From: an uncultured delta proteobacterium
GTDB taxonomy: Bacteria > Desulfobacterota > Syntrophorhabdia > Syntrophorhabdales > WCHB1-27
Reading direction: 5' to 3'
DNA: 64,000 nt
NCBI GenBank assembly: GCA_963717985.1
Contig: CAVQYC010000005.1
Span: 265,106 to 329,105, forward strand
Under the pieces are notes generated by a model. The model was not told the origin of the DNA. It searched no databases and was given only the letters and a program-made list of their open reading frames with translations. The translations under genes were made by a program, and so were the position numbers. Below are positions 18,696 through 27,970 of the stretch, piece after piece (position 1 is the first letter of the stretch; every line of letters starts with the position of its first letter).

Positions 18696-18859
18696 AGCTT
18701 TTCGCCTGGTGCTGATTATGAGTAAACGGGCATTGGGGCCGGCAAATTATACCAGAACAATTTTATGATATAAAGATCGGTTCTTCTTCCCGATTAGCGG
18801 ACTGAAATGTTGCGCCACGGCTCCGGGAAGCCCATCGTCCTTTTTTCCGAGGATGCTTT

Positions 18860-18924
18860 TTGTCACCCTTGGTTGTCATCTCTGGTTGTCGCTCCTGGTT
18901 GTCACTCCTCCTTGTCGCTTTGAC
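18860..18924. repeat. Five tandem 13-bp repeats (TTGTCAC-type), the inverted counterpart of 31458-31522
   Basis: TTGTC(A/G) recurs at 18860, 18873, 18886, 18899 and 18912, an exact 13-bp period. The reverse complement aligns with the GTGACAA array at 31458-31522. Confidence 0.85.
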
Positions 18925-19088
18925 AGGAGAGCGGAAAACTGAGAAAATCTTATCAGCACCCTTCCCTCCCTGCCGGTCGGGTGGTGCGACGTGAGCAAGT
19001 GGCGACCCGGCCGCATCCGGGTGGGGTATGATGGATTTAGTGGACACCAAAGTTGAGGTACAATACAGAAGCAGACGGAGGTGTCACT

Positions 19089-19409
19089 ATGGCGAAGGAG
19101 AAGATCCCCTATGGCGTCTATTCGAGAGAGTTCCGGGAGGAGGCGGTCAAGCTGGTCATAGAAAACGGCTTCAGCGTCAGGCAGGTGGGCGTTCAGCTAT
19201 CAATCCCTTCTACCACCATAAGGTACTGGGTAAAGGCCCACAAGAAGGGTGAACTCGCATCAGTGGGGAAGACGAAGAAGACCCTCTCGGAAACAGAGCT
19301 GGAACTGGCACGGGTGAGAAGAGAACTGGCCGAAGTGAAGATGGAACGTGATCTACTAAAAAAGGCAGCCGCGTACTTTGCGAAAGGGTCGCTGCCCGGT
19401 ACGCGCTGA
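19089..19409 (+). CDS. IS3-family transposase OrfA
   Basis: HTH (FSVRQVGVQLSIPSTTIRYWV) plus a leucine-zipper-like tail. The ATG at 19089 follows GGAGG. The ORF track begins at 19053. Confidence 0.85.
   Translation: MAKEKIPYGVYSREFREEAVKLVIENGFSVRQVGVQLSIPSTTIRYWVKAHKKGELASVGKTKKTLSETELELARVRRELAEVKMERDLLKKAAAYFAKGSLPGTR
19358..19364 (+). promoter_or_regulatory. Programmed -1 frameshift heptamer A_AAA_AAG (OrfAB fusion)
   Basis: CTA AAA AAG is in the orfA frame. The -1 frame read from here runs in frame into orfB (...ALMKQMRLTY). This is the canonical IS3/IS911/IS150-type motif. Confidence 0.75.
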
Positions 19410-20269
19410 TGAAGCAGATGCGACTCACGTACTCCATCCCCCGGATGTGCCGTTTCTTCAGGGTATCGGCAAGCGGATACTATAAATGGCTCAATGCTCC
19501 TCCTTCAAGACATGCCAGGGAGGAAGCACGGCTGGAAATAGAGATCCGGGTTGCCCACAAAAGGACCCGTGAGACCTCAGGGCCTGAGAAGCTTCAGGCA
19601 GACCTTGCGGAACATGGGATAAGGGTGGGCATCTGCAGGATCAGACGGATCAGGGAGAAACTGGGGATACGGTGCAAACAAATCAGGAAGTTCAAGGCAA
19701 CAACGCACTCGAAACATACGCTTCCCGTGGCGGAGAACCTCCTGGAACAGAACTTCAGGGTAGAAGCTCCAAACGAGGTCTGGGTCAGTGACCTGACCTA
19801 TGTGCCCACCGAAGAAGGCTGGCTCTACTGCGCCGCTCACAAAGACCTCTTCAACGGGGAGATCGTCGGCTACGCCCTGGGATCGAGGATCATCACGGAC
19901 CTAGTGAAGGAGTCCCTCTCCCGGGCAGTAGGGTCCAGGCGCCCGGCCAGGGGACTCATTCATCACTCTGATCGCGGTTGTCAGTACTGCTCCCACGAAT
20001 ACCGGAAGCTGCTCGAACGGTTCGGCATGAAGGCATCAATGAGCAGAAAGGGCAACTGCTACGACAACGCCCCTATGGAGAGCTTTTGGGGCACCTTGAA
20101 GAACGAGCTTGTCCACCACCGGCATTACAGAACAAGAGAGGAGGCACGCAGAGACATTACCGAATACATTGAAGTCTTCTACAACCGGCAGCGGCGTCAG
20201 AGACGGCTTGGCTATCTATCTCCCGTGGCATATGGGAGGCAGTTCCACGCCAGACAGGTTGCGGCATGA
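19409..20269 (+). CDS. IS3-family transposase OrfB (DDE integrase core)
   Basis: DDE motifs WVSDLTY, HHSDRGCQY and CYDNAPMESFW. It overlaps the orfA stop. Confidence 0.9.
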   Translation: MKQMRLTYSIPRMCRFFRVSASGYYKWLNAPPSRHAREEARLEIEIRVAHKRTRETSGPEKLQADLAEHGIRVGICRIRRIREKLGIRCKQIRKFKATTHSKHTLPVAENLLEQNFRVEAPNEVWVSDLTYVPTEEGWLYCAAHKDLFNGEIVGYALGSRIITDLVKESLSRAVGSRRPARGLIHHSDRGCQYCSHEYRKLLERFGMKASMSRKGNCYDNAPMESFWGTLKNELVHHRHYRTREEARRDITEYIEVFYNRQRRQRRLGYLSPVAYGRQFHARQVAA

Positions 20270-20318
20270 AAGATATTTCGTGTCCACTATTGACATCAGG
20301 GGTCAGACGGCGGTGCCC

Positions 20319-20516
20319 CACCCCCCCCTAAACCGTCCAGTTTCGTCCACTTTCGTCCACCCCCCTTCTGGAAGGCTTGCGGGAGAAGAGAATGAGAAGA
20401 GGGGTTGCGAGACGGCCTGTGAAAAATGCGTGCCGAAGAGGGCAAAGAAAGAGTAAAAGGCGGTAAAACATGCCAAAACTAAGCGTTTTTGCGTTTGTTT
20501 GTTCACAACGTTGCGC
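20319..20516. repeat. ~0.2-kb repeat block with three tandem 10-bp units, the inverted counterpart of 31113-31268
   Basis: CGTCCAGTTT, CGTCCACTTT and CGTCCACCCC at 20334-20363, followed by CCTTCTGGAAGGCTTGCGGGAGAAG. The reverse complement aligns, with indels, to 31113-31268. Confidence 0.8.
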
Positions 20517-20585
20517 GGCCGGTCTAACTCCGCAACAACATGGTTGTAATTGCCGGTGTAACCTGTATAATCTTTAGCGATATTT

Positions 20586-21272
20586 ATGGAGAACTCCTTT
20601 ACTATACATGATCTCCCCAGGGCCGAAAGGCCGCGGGAGCGCATGCAAGCACTTGGGGCCGAAGCGCTTTCGTCCCTGGAGCTGCTCAGCCTGATTATCG
20701 GCAGGGGTGTCTCCGGCAAATCGGCCATGCACATAGCCCAGGAACTTTTGACCACATTCGGGAACATCCATGCCGTCAGCCTTGCTACAATAGAGGAGCT
20801 TTCCCGGGTAAAAGGCATAGGGCTTGCGAAGGCTGCCCAGATCAGGGCCGCCTTCGAGCTGGGCAGGCGCCAGGACCTGGAGCCGGATGTGGGACAGTAC
20901 AGTATAAGCGATCCGGAGCGTCTCGTAAAAGCCCTTCGAAAAGGTATTCAGGAGAAGGCAAAGGAGCACTTCAAGCTTGTCCTTCTCAACACGAGGAACA
21001 AGATTATCGGTATATCGACTATATCCGTGGGAACCTTGAACGCGAGTCTCGTGCATCCCCGCGAGGTCTTCAAGGACGCGCTGACGCACAACGCCTCGTC
21101 GATCATACTCGTCCACAACCACCCTTCGGACGACCCCGAGCCTTCGGATGACGACCTTACGGTAACCCGCAGGCTGGTCGATGCAGGCCGGCTGATGGGG
21201 ATCGAGGTGCTCGACCATATCATTATCACCCGGAGCGGCTACACGAGCCTCAAAGAAAAGGGCCTGCTGTGA
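20586..21272 (+). CDS. radC: RadC-family JAB/MPN-domain protein
   Basis: N-terminal HhH region (ELLSLIIGRG, VKGIGLAKAAQI) and the JAMM motif HNHPSDDPEPSDDD. Confidence 0.9.
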   Translation: MENSFTIHDLPRAERPRERMQALGAEALSSLELLSLIIGRGVSGKSAMHIAQELLTTFGNIHAVSLATIEELSRVKGIGLAKAAQIRAAFELGRRQDLEPDVGQYSISDPERLVKALRKGIQEKAKEHFKLVLLNTRNKIIGISTISVGTLNASLVHPREVFKDALTHNASSIILVHNHPSDDPEPSDDDLTVTRRLVDAGRLMGIEVLDHIIITRSGYTSLKEKGLL

Positions 21273-21297
21273 TCCGGCCGCGAGAGGAGACCGGCGC

Positions 21298-22149
21298 ATG
21301 CTGCGCATGAACGTCGTTTGCAAGAGGAACAAGGAGGCTGCCTTCGCTGCCGCCCAGGAGATTATTGATCGGTACGGGGCATCTCTCGACATCGCCCTCG
21401 ATGAAGATGCAGCGAGCCGGATCGGCCACGGGAAGACATTCGAGATGGAGCATGTGGCGGATGGTGCAGACCTCATCGTAGTACTCGGCGGGGACGGCAC
21501 CCTGCTTTCGGTTGCCCGGCAAGTAAGGGGGAGAGACGTGCCCGTCCTTGGGGTGAACCTGGGGGGCCTCGGTTTCCTTACGGAGATAACCCTCGAAGAG
21601 TTGCCGGAAATGCTGACCCGTGTGTGTGCAGGTGATTACTGCACCTCAACCAGGGCCATGCTCGATGTGGCGGTGAAGAGAGAGGGAGAGGAGATTTTTG
21701 CCCTTTCTCTCCTCAATGACGCGGTTATCGCAAAGGATGCCCTGGCGCGCATTATCAATATCGAGACGTACGTGGACAACGACTATCTGACGACCTTCCG
21801 AGGCGACGGCCTGATCGTCTCCACCCCTACCGGTTCCACGGGTTATTCTCTGGCCGCGGGCGGCCCTATCCTCTATCCTTCCCTGGAGCAGATCGTGCTC
21901 ACCCCCATCTGCCCGCACATGCTGACCAATCGTCCTATCATCCTTTCCCGGGAGGTGATAGTGCGGGCAAAGCTCGTTTCCCCTGACGAAAAAGTGATAC
22001 TGACCCTGGATGGTCAGGTGGGACTGCCCCTCGACCACATGGACGAGGTGCTGATGAGAAAATCGGCATTTTCCGTGACTTTGATAAAATCGGAGACGAG
22101 GGATTATTTCGAAGTGCTGCGGGATAAACTGAAGTGGGGTGAGAGGTAA
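21298..22149 (+). CDS. nadK: NAD(+) kinase
   Basis: GGDGTLL motif (VVLGGDGTLLSVAR), NLGGLGFL and the TPTGSTGYSLAAGGP block. Confidence 0.9.
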   Translation: MLRMNVVCKRNKEAAFAAAQEIIDRYGASLDIALDEDAASRIGHGKTFEMEHVADGADLIVVLGGDGTLLSVARQVRGRDVPVLGVNLGGLGFLTEITLEELPEMLTRVCAGDYCTSTRAMLDVAVKREGEEIFALSLLNDAVIAKDALARIINIETYVDNDYLTTFRGDGLIVSTPTGSTGYSLAAGGPILYPSLEQIVLTPICPHMLTNRPIILSREVIVRAKLVSPDEKVILTLDGQVGLPLDHMDEVLMRKSAFSVTLIKSETRDYFEVLRDKLKWGER

Positions 22150-22150
22150 C

Positions 22151-23770
22151 ATGCTCGCTTTCCTGCGGGTGAAGGGTTTTGCCATTATCGATGAGCTGGA
22201 CGTGGAATTCAAGGAAGGGTTCAACGTGATAACAGGGGAAACAGGCGCGGGAAAATCGATCATCATCAACGCCCTCGCGTCGCTGCTTAATGCGCGGGTG
22301 CCGACCGATGTAGTTCGGGGAGCGGCGGAGCGCGCGGAGGTAGTGGGCCATTGCTTTCAGGACGGCGAGGAATATGTTTTAAGAAGAATTATAGGCAATC
22401 AGGGGAGGTCACGGGCTTTTATCAATGACAACCCCGTCACGGTGAAAAGCTTGGAGGAGCTTGGGAGTCTGCTCATCCACGTGTACGGCCAGAACGAGTC
22501 GCAGCAGCTTCTCAGCAAGGAGAACTATGTCTCCATGGTCGACCGTTTTCTCCATTTGGAGGGGGAAGCGCAGGCCCTCTCCGGCCGGGTGAGACGCCTT
22601 GACGAGGTGAGGCGGCTCCTGGAGGCGCGGAAGTCGGCTGCTGCCGGTCAGGGCAAGGAGATAGACCTCCTCACGTACCAGCTTCAGGAGATCGAGAAGG
22701 AGCGCATCGGGGCCGGCGAGGAAGAGAGGGTCAGGCAGAGGCTGAAAGTGTTGAAAGATGCGGCGAGGATAAAGAACAGCATCCAGGGCGTCGCGGGCGG
22801 GTTGTATGAAGACGAGCAATCGGCGCATGCCTTGGTCACCGGGTGCTCGGCACTCCTCAGACCATTTTCCGGCATCGCGTGGGTAGATGCGATCAGGAAG
22901 AGGATAGAAGGCATATCTTTTGACGTGGAGGACATAGTCCGGTCGATCAGGGAAGAGGAAAAATCCCTCGATGACGAGCCGGGCGAGCTTGAAGGGCTCG
23001 GGGAGCGGCTGGCGACGATCGCCAGGCTTAAAGAGAAGTACGGCAAGACTTACGGCGGCATCGCGGAGTTTGAAGACTGGGCGCGAAAACGGCTCGAAGA
23101 GCTTCTCCATATGAAGACGGATGAAGAGGAGCTGGAATTGGAGAAGGCATCTCTTGAGGCCGCCGTCGGAGAGATGGCGGCCGCCTTGTCCGCATCGAGG
23201 AAGAACGGGGCACAGGAGATCGAGGAACTCGTGAAGGGAGAGCTCGCGTTCCTTTCCATGAAAGGCGTTCAATTCAAGGTCGATATCGCGGACAAGGGCT
23301 GGATCGGCGAAGACGGCAGGGACGAGGTGGAGTTCCTGCTCACGACGAACCCGGGAGAGCCCCTGAGGCCGTTGCGGAAGGTCGCGTCCGGCGGCGAGCT
23401 TTCGAGGATCATGCTCGCCGTCAAGAAGGTCACGGGCGGCGAAGAGGATAAGACCTTTGTCTTCGACGAGATTGATGCAGGCATCGGGGGCAGGGTGGCC
23501 GAGGTTGTGGGTAAAAGGCTCGGGGAGCTTTCAGGGAAACACCAGATCATCTGTATTACCCATCTCCCGCAGATAGCGGTATACGCAGACCACCATTTCC
23601 TTGTGGAGAAATACCAGGAAGAGGCTGCGACCCGCACCTCGATCAGGCAGCTCACAGGTCCTGAGCGGATCGAAGAGATCGCAAGGATGCTCGGGGGTAT
23701 CACGATTACCGGGAAGACACGGGGGCAAGCGGAGGAGATGCTGAGGAATGCTCAGAAAAGCGCGTATTAG
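22151..23770 (+). CDS. recN: DNA repair protein RecN
   Basis: Walker A GETGAGKS, a long coiled-coil centre, the signature ASGGELSRIMLA and Walker B FVFDEIDAGIGG. The ATG at 22151 follows the nadK stop. Confidence 0.9.
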   Translation: MLAFLRVKGFAIIDELDVEFKEGFNVITGETGAGKSIIINALASLLNARVPTDVVRGAAERAEVVGHCFQDGEEYVLRRIIGNQGRSRAFINDNPVTVKSLEELGSLLIHVYGQNESQQLLSKENYVSMVDRFLHLEGEAQALSGRVRRLDEVRRLLEARKSAAAGQGKEIDLLTYQLQEIEKERIGAGEEERVRQRLKVLKDAARIKNSIQGVAGGLYEDEQSAHALVTGCSALLRPFSGIAWVDAIRKRIEGISFDVEDIVRSIREEEKSLDDEPGELEGLGERLATIARLKEKYGKTYGGIAEFEDWARKRLEELLHMKTDEEELELEKASLEAAVGEMAAALSASRKNGAQEIEELVKGELAFLSMKGVQFKVDIADKGWIGEDGRDEVEFLLTTNPGEPLRPLRKVASGGELSRIMLAVKKVTGGEEDKTFVFDEIDAGIGGRVAEVVGKRLGELSGKHQIICITHLPQIAVYADHHFLVEKYQEEAATRTSIRQLTGPERIEEIARMLGGITITGKTRGQAEEMLRNAQKSAY

Positions 23771-24206
23771 CGATGTCAGCCTTATCCACCGGTTGATCAA
23801 CTCGTGCGCCGAGCGCGGGGAGATGCTTCCGCGGTCGCTGGCCGAGTTGTATGATAACATGCGCGACTATTTTGTGTATGAGCATCCGGAAACAGGCGAG
23901 ATCGGAGGTGCGTGCAGCCTTCACATCTGCTGGGAAGACCTGGCCGAGATAAGGTCTCTCTGTGTCGTGGAACACCTGCGGCGCCTGGGTGTGGGTGCGG
24001 ACCTTGTGAGGGCATGCATGGAAGAGGCGAAGCAGTTTGCTGTAGAAGAGCTGTTCGTTCTGACCTATCGACGTGAATTCTTCGGGCAGTTCGGGTTCGA
24101 AGAGGTGGAGAAAACGCGGCTCCCCCAGAAGATTTGGACCGATTGCGTGAAATGTCCGAAATTCCCTCTCTGCGACGAAGTCGCAATGATCACCCGTCTG
24201 CCGTAA
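23748..24206 (+). CDS. GNAT-family N-acetyltransferase
   Basis: 152 aa with an acetyl-CoA binding motif (VVEHLRRLGVGADLV). It overlaps the recN 3' end by 23 nt. Confidence 0.75.
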   Translation: MLRKARISDVSLIHRLINSCAERGEMLPRSLAELYDNMRDYFVYEHPETGEIGGACSLHICWEDLAEIRSLCVVEHLRRLGVGADLVRACMEEAKQFAVEELFVLTYRREFFGQFGFEEVEKTRLPQKIWTDCVKCPKFPLCDEVAMITRLP

Positions 24207-24236
24207 TTTACCGCGCCGGCGCAAGGAGGTTTCGCC

Positions 24237-25541
24237 ATGGAGAGCCAATTCTGGACACAACGTCTGGAGACAATCTTTGAAGACTGGGAGGTCTGCCTGG
24301 TAAAAGAGCGCGCCAAGAAGTACGAAGCCGCTGATGGCGAGCTCCTTACCATGGAGGTCAAGGAGGAGGAGGGCATCTCACTCCGCGCCGTGAAAGACGG
24401 GAAGAGGTGTTTCTCATACACCTTCGAAAAGGGGGAGAAGGCGGTCTCCAGCCTCTTAGGGAATGTCACCGCGTTGATGCCCTTTCTCGATGCAGACCCC
24501 TGCTACGTGTTCCCGTCCGGATCCGGGCAGTATCCAGACCTCGATCTTTACGACGAAACAGGCCTAAGGACCGCTGACGACGTGAAAATCGACGCGCTCC
24601 TGCAAATGGAATCGACCATCCGGCTAATCGACCGGCGGATCACCCACACGAGGAATTGCGAGCTTCATGAATCGGAGCTGCACGTGGGTATCATCAATTC
24701 ACGTGGCTTGAGGGCAGATGCAAAAAAGACCGTGTACACCTTGGGCGCCATGGCGGTTGCGCAGGACGGCAGCGACGAGGTCTCCTGGTACGACTGGTCA
24801 TGGGCGTCGCGGTACCGCGATCTGGATGGACACAAACTAGGGCGCCGGATAGCGGAAAAGGCGCTCTCCTGCCTCGCGGGGGAGGTCCTCACGACAGGCG
24901 TCTATAATGGCCTTCTGACCCCTGCATGCGCCTGCCAGATACTGGAGATTCTCTCTCCCTCTTTCCTGTCCGAGAACCTGTACAAGAATAAGACCTGCCT
25001 GAGAGACAAGGTGGGGACGCGGTGTTTTTCAGAGCATCTCACGGTCATCGATTCGGGGTTAAGGGGGATGGACGCGTTCCCCTTTGACGGGGAGGGCGTT
25101 CCTTCTCAGGAGAACGTGCTGGTGAACGATGGTGTGCTTCAGGCCTTCCTCTACGACACGTATTATGCAAAAAGGATGGAGAAGGAGTCCACGGGTAATT
25201 CCGTGCGGCCAGGCATCAAAGAGCCGCCGAGATGCGGGTCGCGAGGTTTTTTTATCGATCGCGGCCGTATGGACGATCCGGAGGCGGGAAGGGACGGGGT
25301 CGTGATTGAGGAGTTGATGGGCACCCACATGGCAAACACTATCACGGGCGATTTTTCCCTGGGCGCTATCGGTCACTACTGTTCGGGCACCGCGCCGACG
25401 CCCTTCAAGGGTGTCATCCTCTCGGGAAATCTGTTCGATCTCCTCGGCCGGGTGAAGGCCGTGGGGAAGGACCTCACCTTCTACGGCGACTACGGTTCGC
25501 CGACGCTTCTTGTGGAGGGTCTCAAGATAAGCGGAAGGTAA
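24237..25541 (+). CDS. TldD/PmbA-family metalloprotease-like protein
   Basis: 434 aa. The C-terminal conserved block NTITGDFSLGAIGHY is typical of PmbA_TldD proteins. Confidence 0.75.
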   Translation: MESQFWTQRLETIFEDWEVCLVKERAKKYEAADGELLTMEVKEEEGISLRAVKDGKRCFSYTFEKGEKAVSSLLGNVTALMPFLDADPCYVFPSGSGQYPDLDLYDETGLRTADDVKIDALLQMESTIRLIDRRITHTRNCELHESELHVGIINSRGLRADAKKTVYTLGAMAVAQDGSDEVSWYDWSWASRYRDLDGHKLGRRIAEKALSCLAGEVLTTGVYNGLLTPACACQILEILSPSFLSENLYKNKTCLRDKVGTRCFSEHLTVIDSGLRGMDAFPFDGEGVPSQENVLVNDGVLQAFLYDTYYAKRMEKESTGNSVRPGIKEPPRCGSRGFFIDRGRMDDPEAGRDGVVIEELMGTHMANTITGDFSLGAIGHYCSGTAPTPFKGVILSGNLFDLLGRVKAVGKDLTFYGDYGSPTLLVEGLKISGR

Positions 25542-25564
25542 GAGGGGGCCGGGAGATACCCGCG

Positions 25565-26932
25565 TTGGATAATAAAGGAAAGAGATACATACTGCTCGCG
25601 TTGATCTTCTCTGCGGCGATTGGTCTCAGATTGGCCATCATGGCGAATTCCACGGCCATCGAGCTGGACGGTATAGGCTATGCGACCATGGCCGAACAAT
25701 TCGTCAGGGGCCTTTTCAGCCAGGCCCTGGGCAGTGTTTTCCCTCCCGTTTATCCCCTTATCGTCGCGTCTTTCCACCTTTTCATACCAGACGTGGAGCT
25801 GGCTGGCCGCCTGGTCTCTCTTGTGTTCGGCATGGCCACGATCTACGTCTCTTTCCTCTTCGCGAGACGGCTGCTCCACGACGAGACAAAGGCCGTATGG
25901 GTCGTCTTTCTCCTCGCACTTCAGCCATATCTGGTGCGGTACTCAGGGGCCGTGCTCTCCGAATCCCTCGCCGTCTTTCTCTTTAGCGTCACTGTTTTTG
26001 CCTTCTACGTGGGATGGCAGGAGGGGCGGTCATGGTATATCGCCGTGGCCGGCTTCTGTCTCACGCTGACCTACCTTACAAGGCCCGAGTATCTTATTTT
26101 CTACGTGCCCTTCGTTGCTTTTCTTGCAAAAGGCCGACGTATAAAGGATCTTTTCTTGCTTCTCCTGCCTTTCTTTGTGCTCGGTCTTTTATACATCTGC
26201 TATCTTCGGATTGAAACGGGCTTGTGGATGGTGAGCAAAAAGGCGGTTCCTTCGCCCTTTGCCATGCTTCATGCTTTTGCTGGCAACGTTTCTCTCGTTT
26301 CCTACGAATTCATTATCGCTCTTTACCCGCTGTTTGTTTTTCTTGCAACGCTCGGCTTAAATAAGGTCGAAAGACCTTACCGGAACCTCGTCCTCGGCTT
26401 GATCATCTTCCATGTACTCAGTCTTTGCTTTGTGGGCCATTCGACAAAACGATACTCAGTTGAATTTATTCCTATCTGCATGGTCTTTGTTGTCGAAGGG
26501 ATCTACGCTTCTCGAGCATACTCAAAGGGGATCTTTTTTCAACGGTCCTTCATCTATATTGTTGTCCTGGTCATCATGTGTTTGACCGCTTTTCAGACCT
26601 TTACCCCAATTCGGAATGATAGGGCTCTCCACAAGCAGGCAGGTGTTTTTCTTCTTCGGTACGGGCCGGGTAGTCTCATTGCAGCCCGACTTCCCATCGT
26701 CGCCTTTTATGCCAGAGGTAAGCCTATCGACCTTGCCCACGAGATCGGAGGCAAGAAGGATTTGGCCCATTTTCTCGAAATAGTGTCTGAAAAGAAGGTG
26801 GCGTATCTCGTAGTTGACGAGGAAACGGAGGAGGAGTTTCCATTTCTCAGGAACTACCCAACGTCGGCGCCTCTAAGAGAGTTCAGGAATAAACAGTCTT
26901 TCGTCCGATTGTACAGGCTTCCGTATGGATGA
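25565..26932 (+). CDS. Polytopic membrane glycosyltransferase of the ArnT/PMT type (GT39/GT83-like, GT-C fold)
   Basis: About 11-12 hydrophobic segments. The N-terminus RLAIMANSTAIELDGIGYATMA resembles the first periplasmic loop of ArnT/PMT_2-like enzymes. TTG start. Confidence 0.6.
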   Translation: MDNKGKRYILLALIFSAAIGLRLAIMANSTAIELDGIGYATMAEQFVRGLFSQALGSVFPPVYPLIVASFHLFIPDVELAGRLVSLVFGMATIYVSFLFARRLLHDETKAVWVVFLLALQPYLVRYSGAVLSESLAVFLFSVTVFAFYVGWQEGRSWYIAVAGFCLTLTYLTRPEYLIFYVPFVAFLAKGRRIKDLFLLLLPFFVLGLLYICYLRIETGLWMVSKKAVPSPFAMLHAFAGNVSLVSYEFIIALYPLFVFLATLGLNKVERPYRNLVLGLIIFHVLSLCFVGHSTKRYSVEFIPICMVFVVEGIYASRAYSKGIFFQRSFIYIVVLVIMCLTAFQTFTPIRNDRALHKQAGVFLLRYGPGSLIAARLPIVAFYARGKPIDLAHEIGGKKDLAHFLEIVSEKKVAYLVVDEETEEEFPFLRNYPTSAPLREFRNKQSFVRLYRLPYG

Positions 26933-27953
26933 TCTTGTTTCCGTTGTTATCGTGAATTGGAACGGTGAGCCATTCCTGGGGAAAGCCCTCGACAGCGTTC
27001 TCAGGCAGGATTACCGATCAATTGAAATAATAGCGGTCGATAATGCTTCTACAGACCGGTCGGTCGACCTGGTAAGGGAGCGTTATCCCCAGGTAAAGCT
27101 GCTATTAAACGGACAAAACCTGGGTTTTGCCGCGGGTAATAACATGGGGATTCGTCACGCACGAGGGCGATATATCGTGCTGCTTAACAATGACGCGGAA
27201 CTGGGACACGACTGTATCACCGAGATGAAGCGGGCCATAGATAGCGATCCGAGGTTCGGCGCGTGCGCATCCAAAATTTATCTAAAATTCGAGGAGAATT
27301 TGCTGGATGCGGCCGGGATTGCAATTTGTCCTGACGGACTGTCTATTGGACGGGGAAGACTGGAGAGGGGTGATTGCTATAATGCGGAGGAAGAGGTTTT
27401 TTTTGGGAGCGGTTGCTGCATTATGTGCAGGAGGGATATGCTCGAGGATGTGAGCATTGATAATGATTATTTTGATGAGGACTTTTTCATGTACGCCGAC
27501 GATACCGATCTCGGTTGGAGGGCGAGGCTGCGAGGCTGGAAGACTATCTATTCTCCTCTGGCAAGGACCTACCATGCCCACTCGCTGGCAGCAGGCAGTT
27601 ATTCGCCATTCAAGGCCTTTCACGTAGAGAGAAACAGAATCTGGGTGGCGTTGAAATATTTCCCCCCGGGCCTTCTCGCTTGCGGCCAGATCTTTACGCT
27701 TCAGCGATATGTGCTTCAGGCATATGGGGCATTCGCGGGAAAAGGCGCGGCAGGTTCATTCGTGAAGGAGCGGTCAAGAAGAGAGTTGGTCCGTGTATTG
27801 GGAAGGGTCTACTGGGCGGCCCTCAAGGGTCTTCCGAAGATGCTCAGAAAAAGAAACGAGGTACAAAAGCGACGCACGATCACAAAGAGTGAGATATACA
27901 GGCTTTTCAAAGATTATGGAATACGGGCGCGGGATATCGCGCTGAGAAAATAG
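26925..27953 (+). CDS. Family 2 glycosyltransferase
   Basis: VSVVIVNWNG, AVDNASTD, NLGFAAGNN and an ADDTD (DxD-like) motif. Confidence 0.85.
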   Translation: MDDLVSVVIVNWNGEPFLGKALDSVLRQDYRSIEIIAVDNASTDRSVDLVRERYPQVKLLLNGQNLGFAAGNNMGIRHARGRYIVLLNNDAELGHDCITEMKRAIDSDPRFGACASKIYLKFEENLLDAAGIAICPDGLSIGRGRLERGDCYNAEEEVFFGSGCCIMCRRDMLEDVSIDNDYFDEDFFMYADDTDLGWRARLRGWKTIYSPLARTYHAHSLAAGSYSPFKAFHVERNRIWVALKYFPPGLLACGQIFTLQRYVLQAYGAFAGKGAAGSFVKERSRRELVRVLGRVYWAALKGLPKMLRKRNEVQKRRTITKSEIYRLFKDYGIRARDIALRK

Positions 27954-27970
27954 AGGCGGGTTCGCGTGGG

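Larger units (their letters stand above)
19026..20305 (+). mobile_element. IS3-family insertion sequence (element 2), copy 1
   Basis: The 1,280-bp block reappears reverse-complemented at 31526-32805. IR cores are TGATGGATTTAGTGGACAC (left) and TGATGTCAATAGTGGACAC (right, reverse complement). It carries orfA/orfB with an A_AAA_AAG slippery site. Ends are accurate to within about 3 bp. Confidence 0.85.

Noticed and set aside
18860-18924. Possible CRISPR array, considering the 13-bp and 10-bp tandem repeats here and at 31228-31522
   Set aside because: The repeats are contiguous with no spacers, are far shorter than CRISPR repeats, and no cas genes are present.
18763-19050. 95-aa ORF covering the 13-bp tandem array upstream of IS3 copy 1
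   Set aside because: The repeat period is 13 bp, which is not a multiple of three, and it produces no peptide repeat. The homologous array at 31458-31522 is not in a conserved frame. I treat it as a DNA-level repeat and not a gene.
20574-21500. 308-aa ORF on the minus strand across radC and the start of nadK
   Set aside because: It is antisense to two genes with clear family motifs (JAMM HNHPSDDP, GGDGTLL). Its own translation is low-complexity, rich in R/A/S/P, with no recognisable domain. This is a typical shadow ORF in GC-rich coding DNA.
22409-23272. 287-aa minus-strand ORF inside recN, with further nested ORFs at 22684-23046 and 23269-23703
   Set aside because: It is antisense to recN, which has Walker A/B and signature motifs. 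The antisense translations are arginine/proline/leucine-rich with no motifs.
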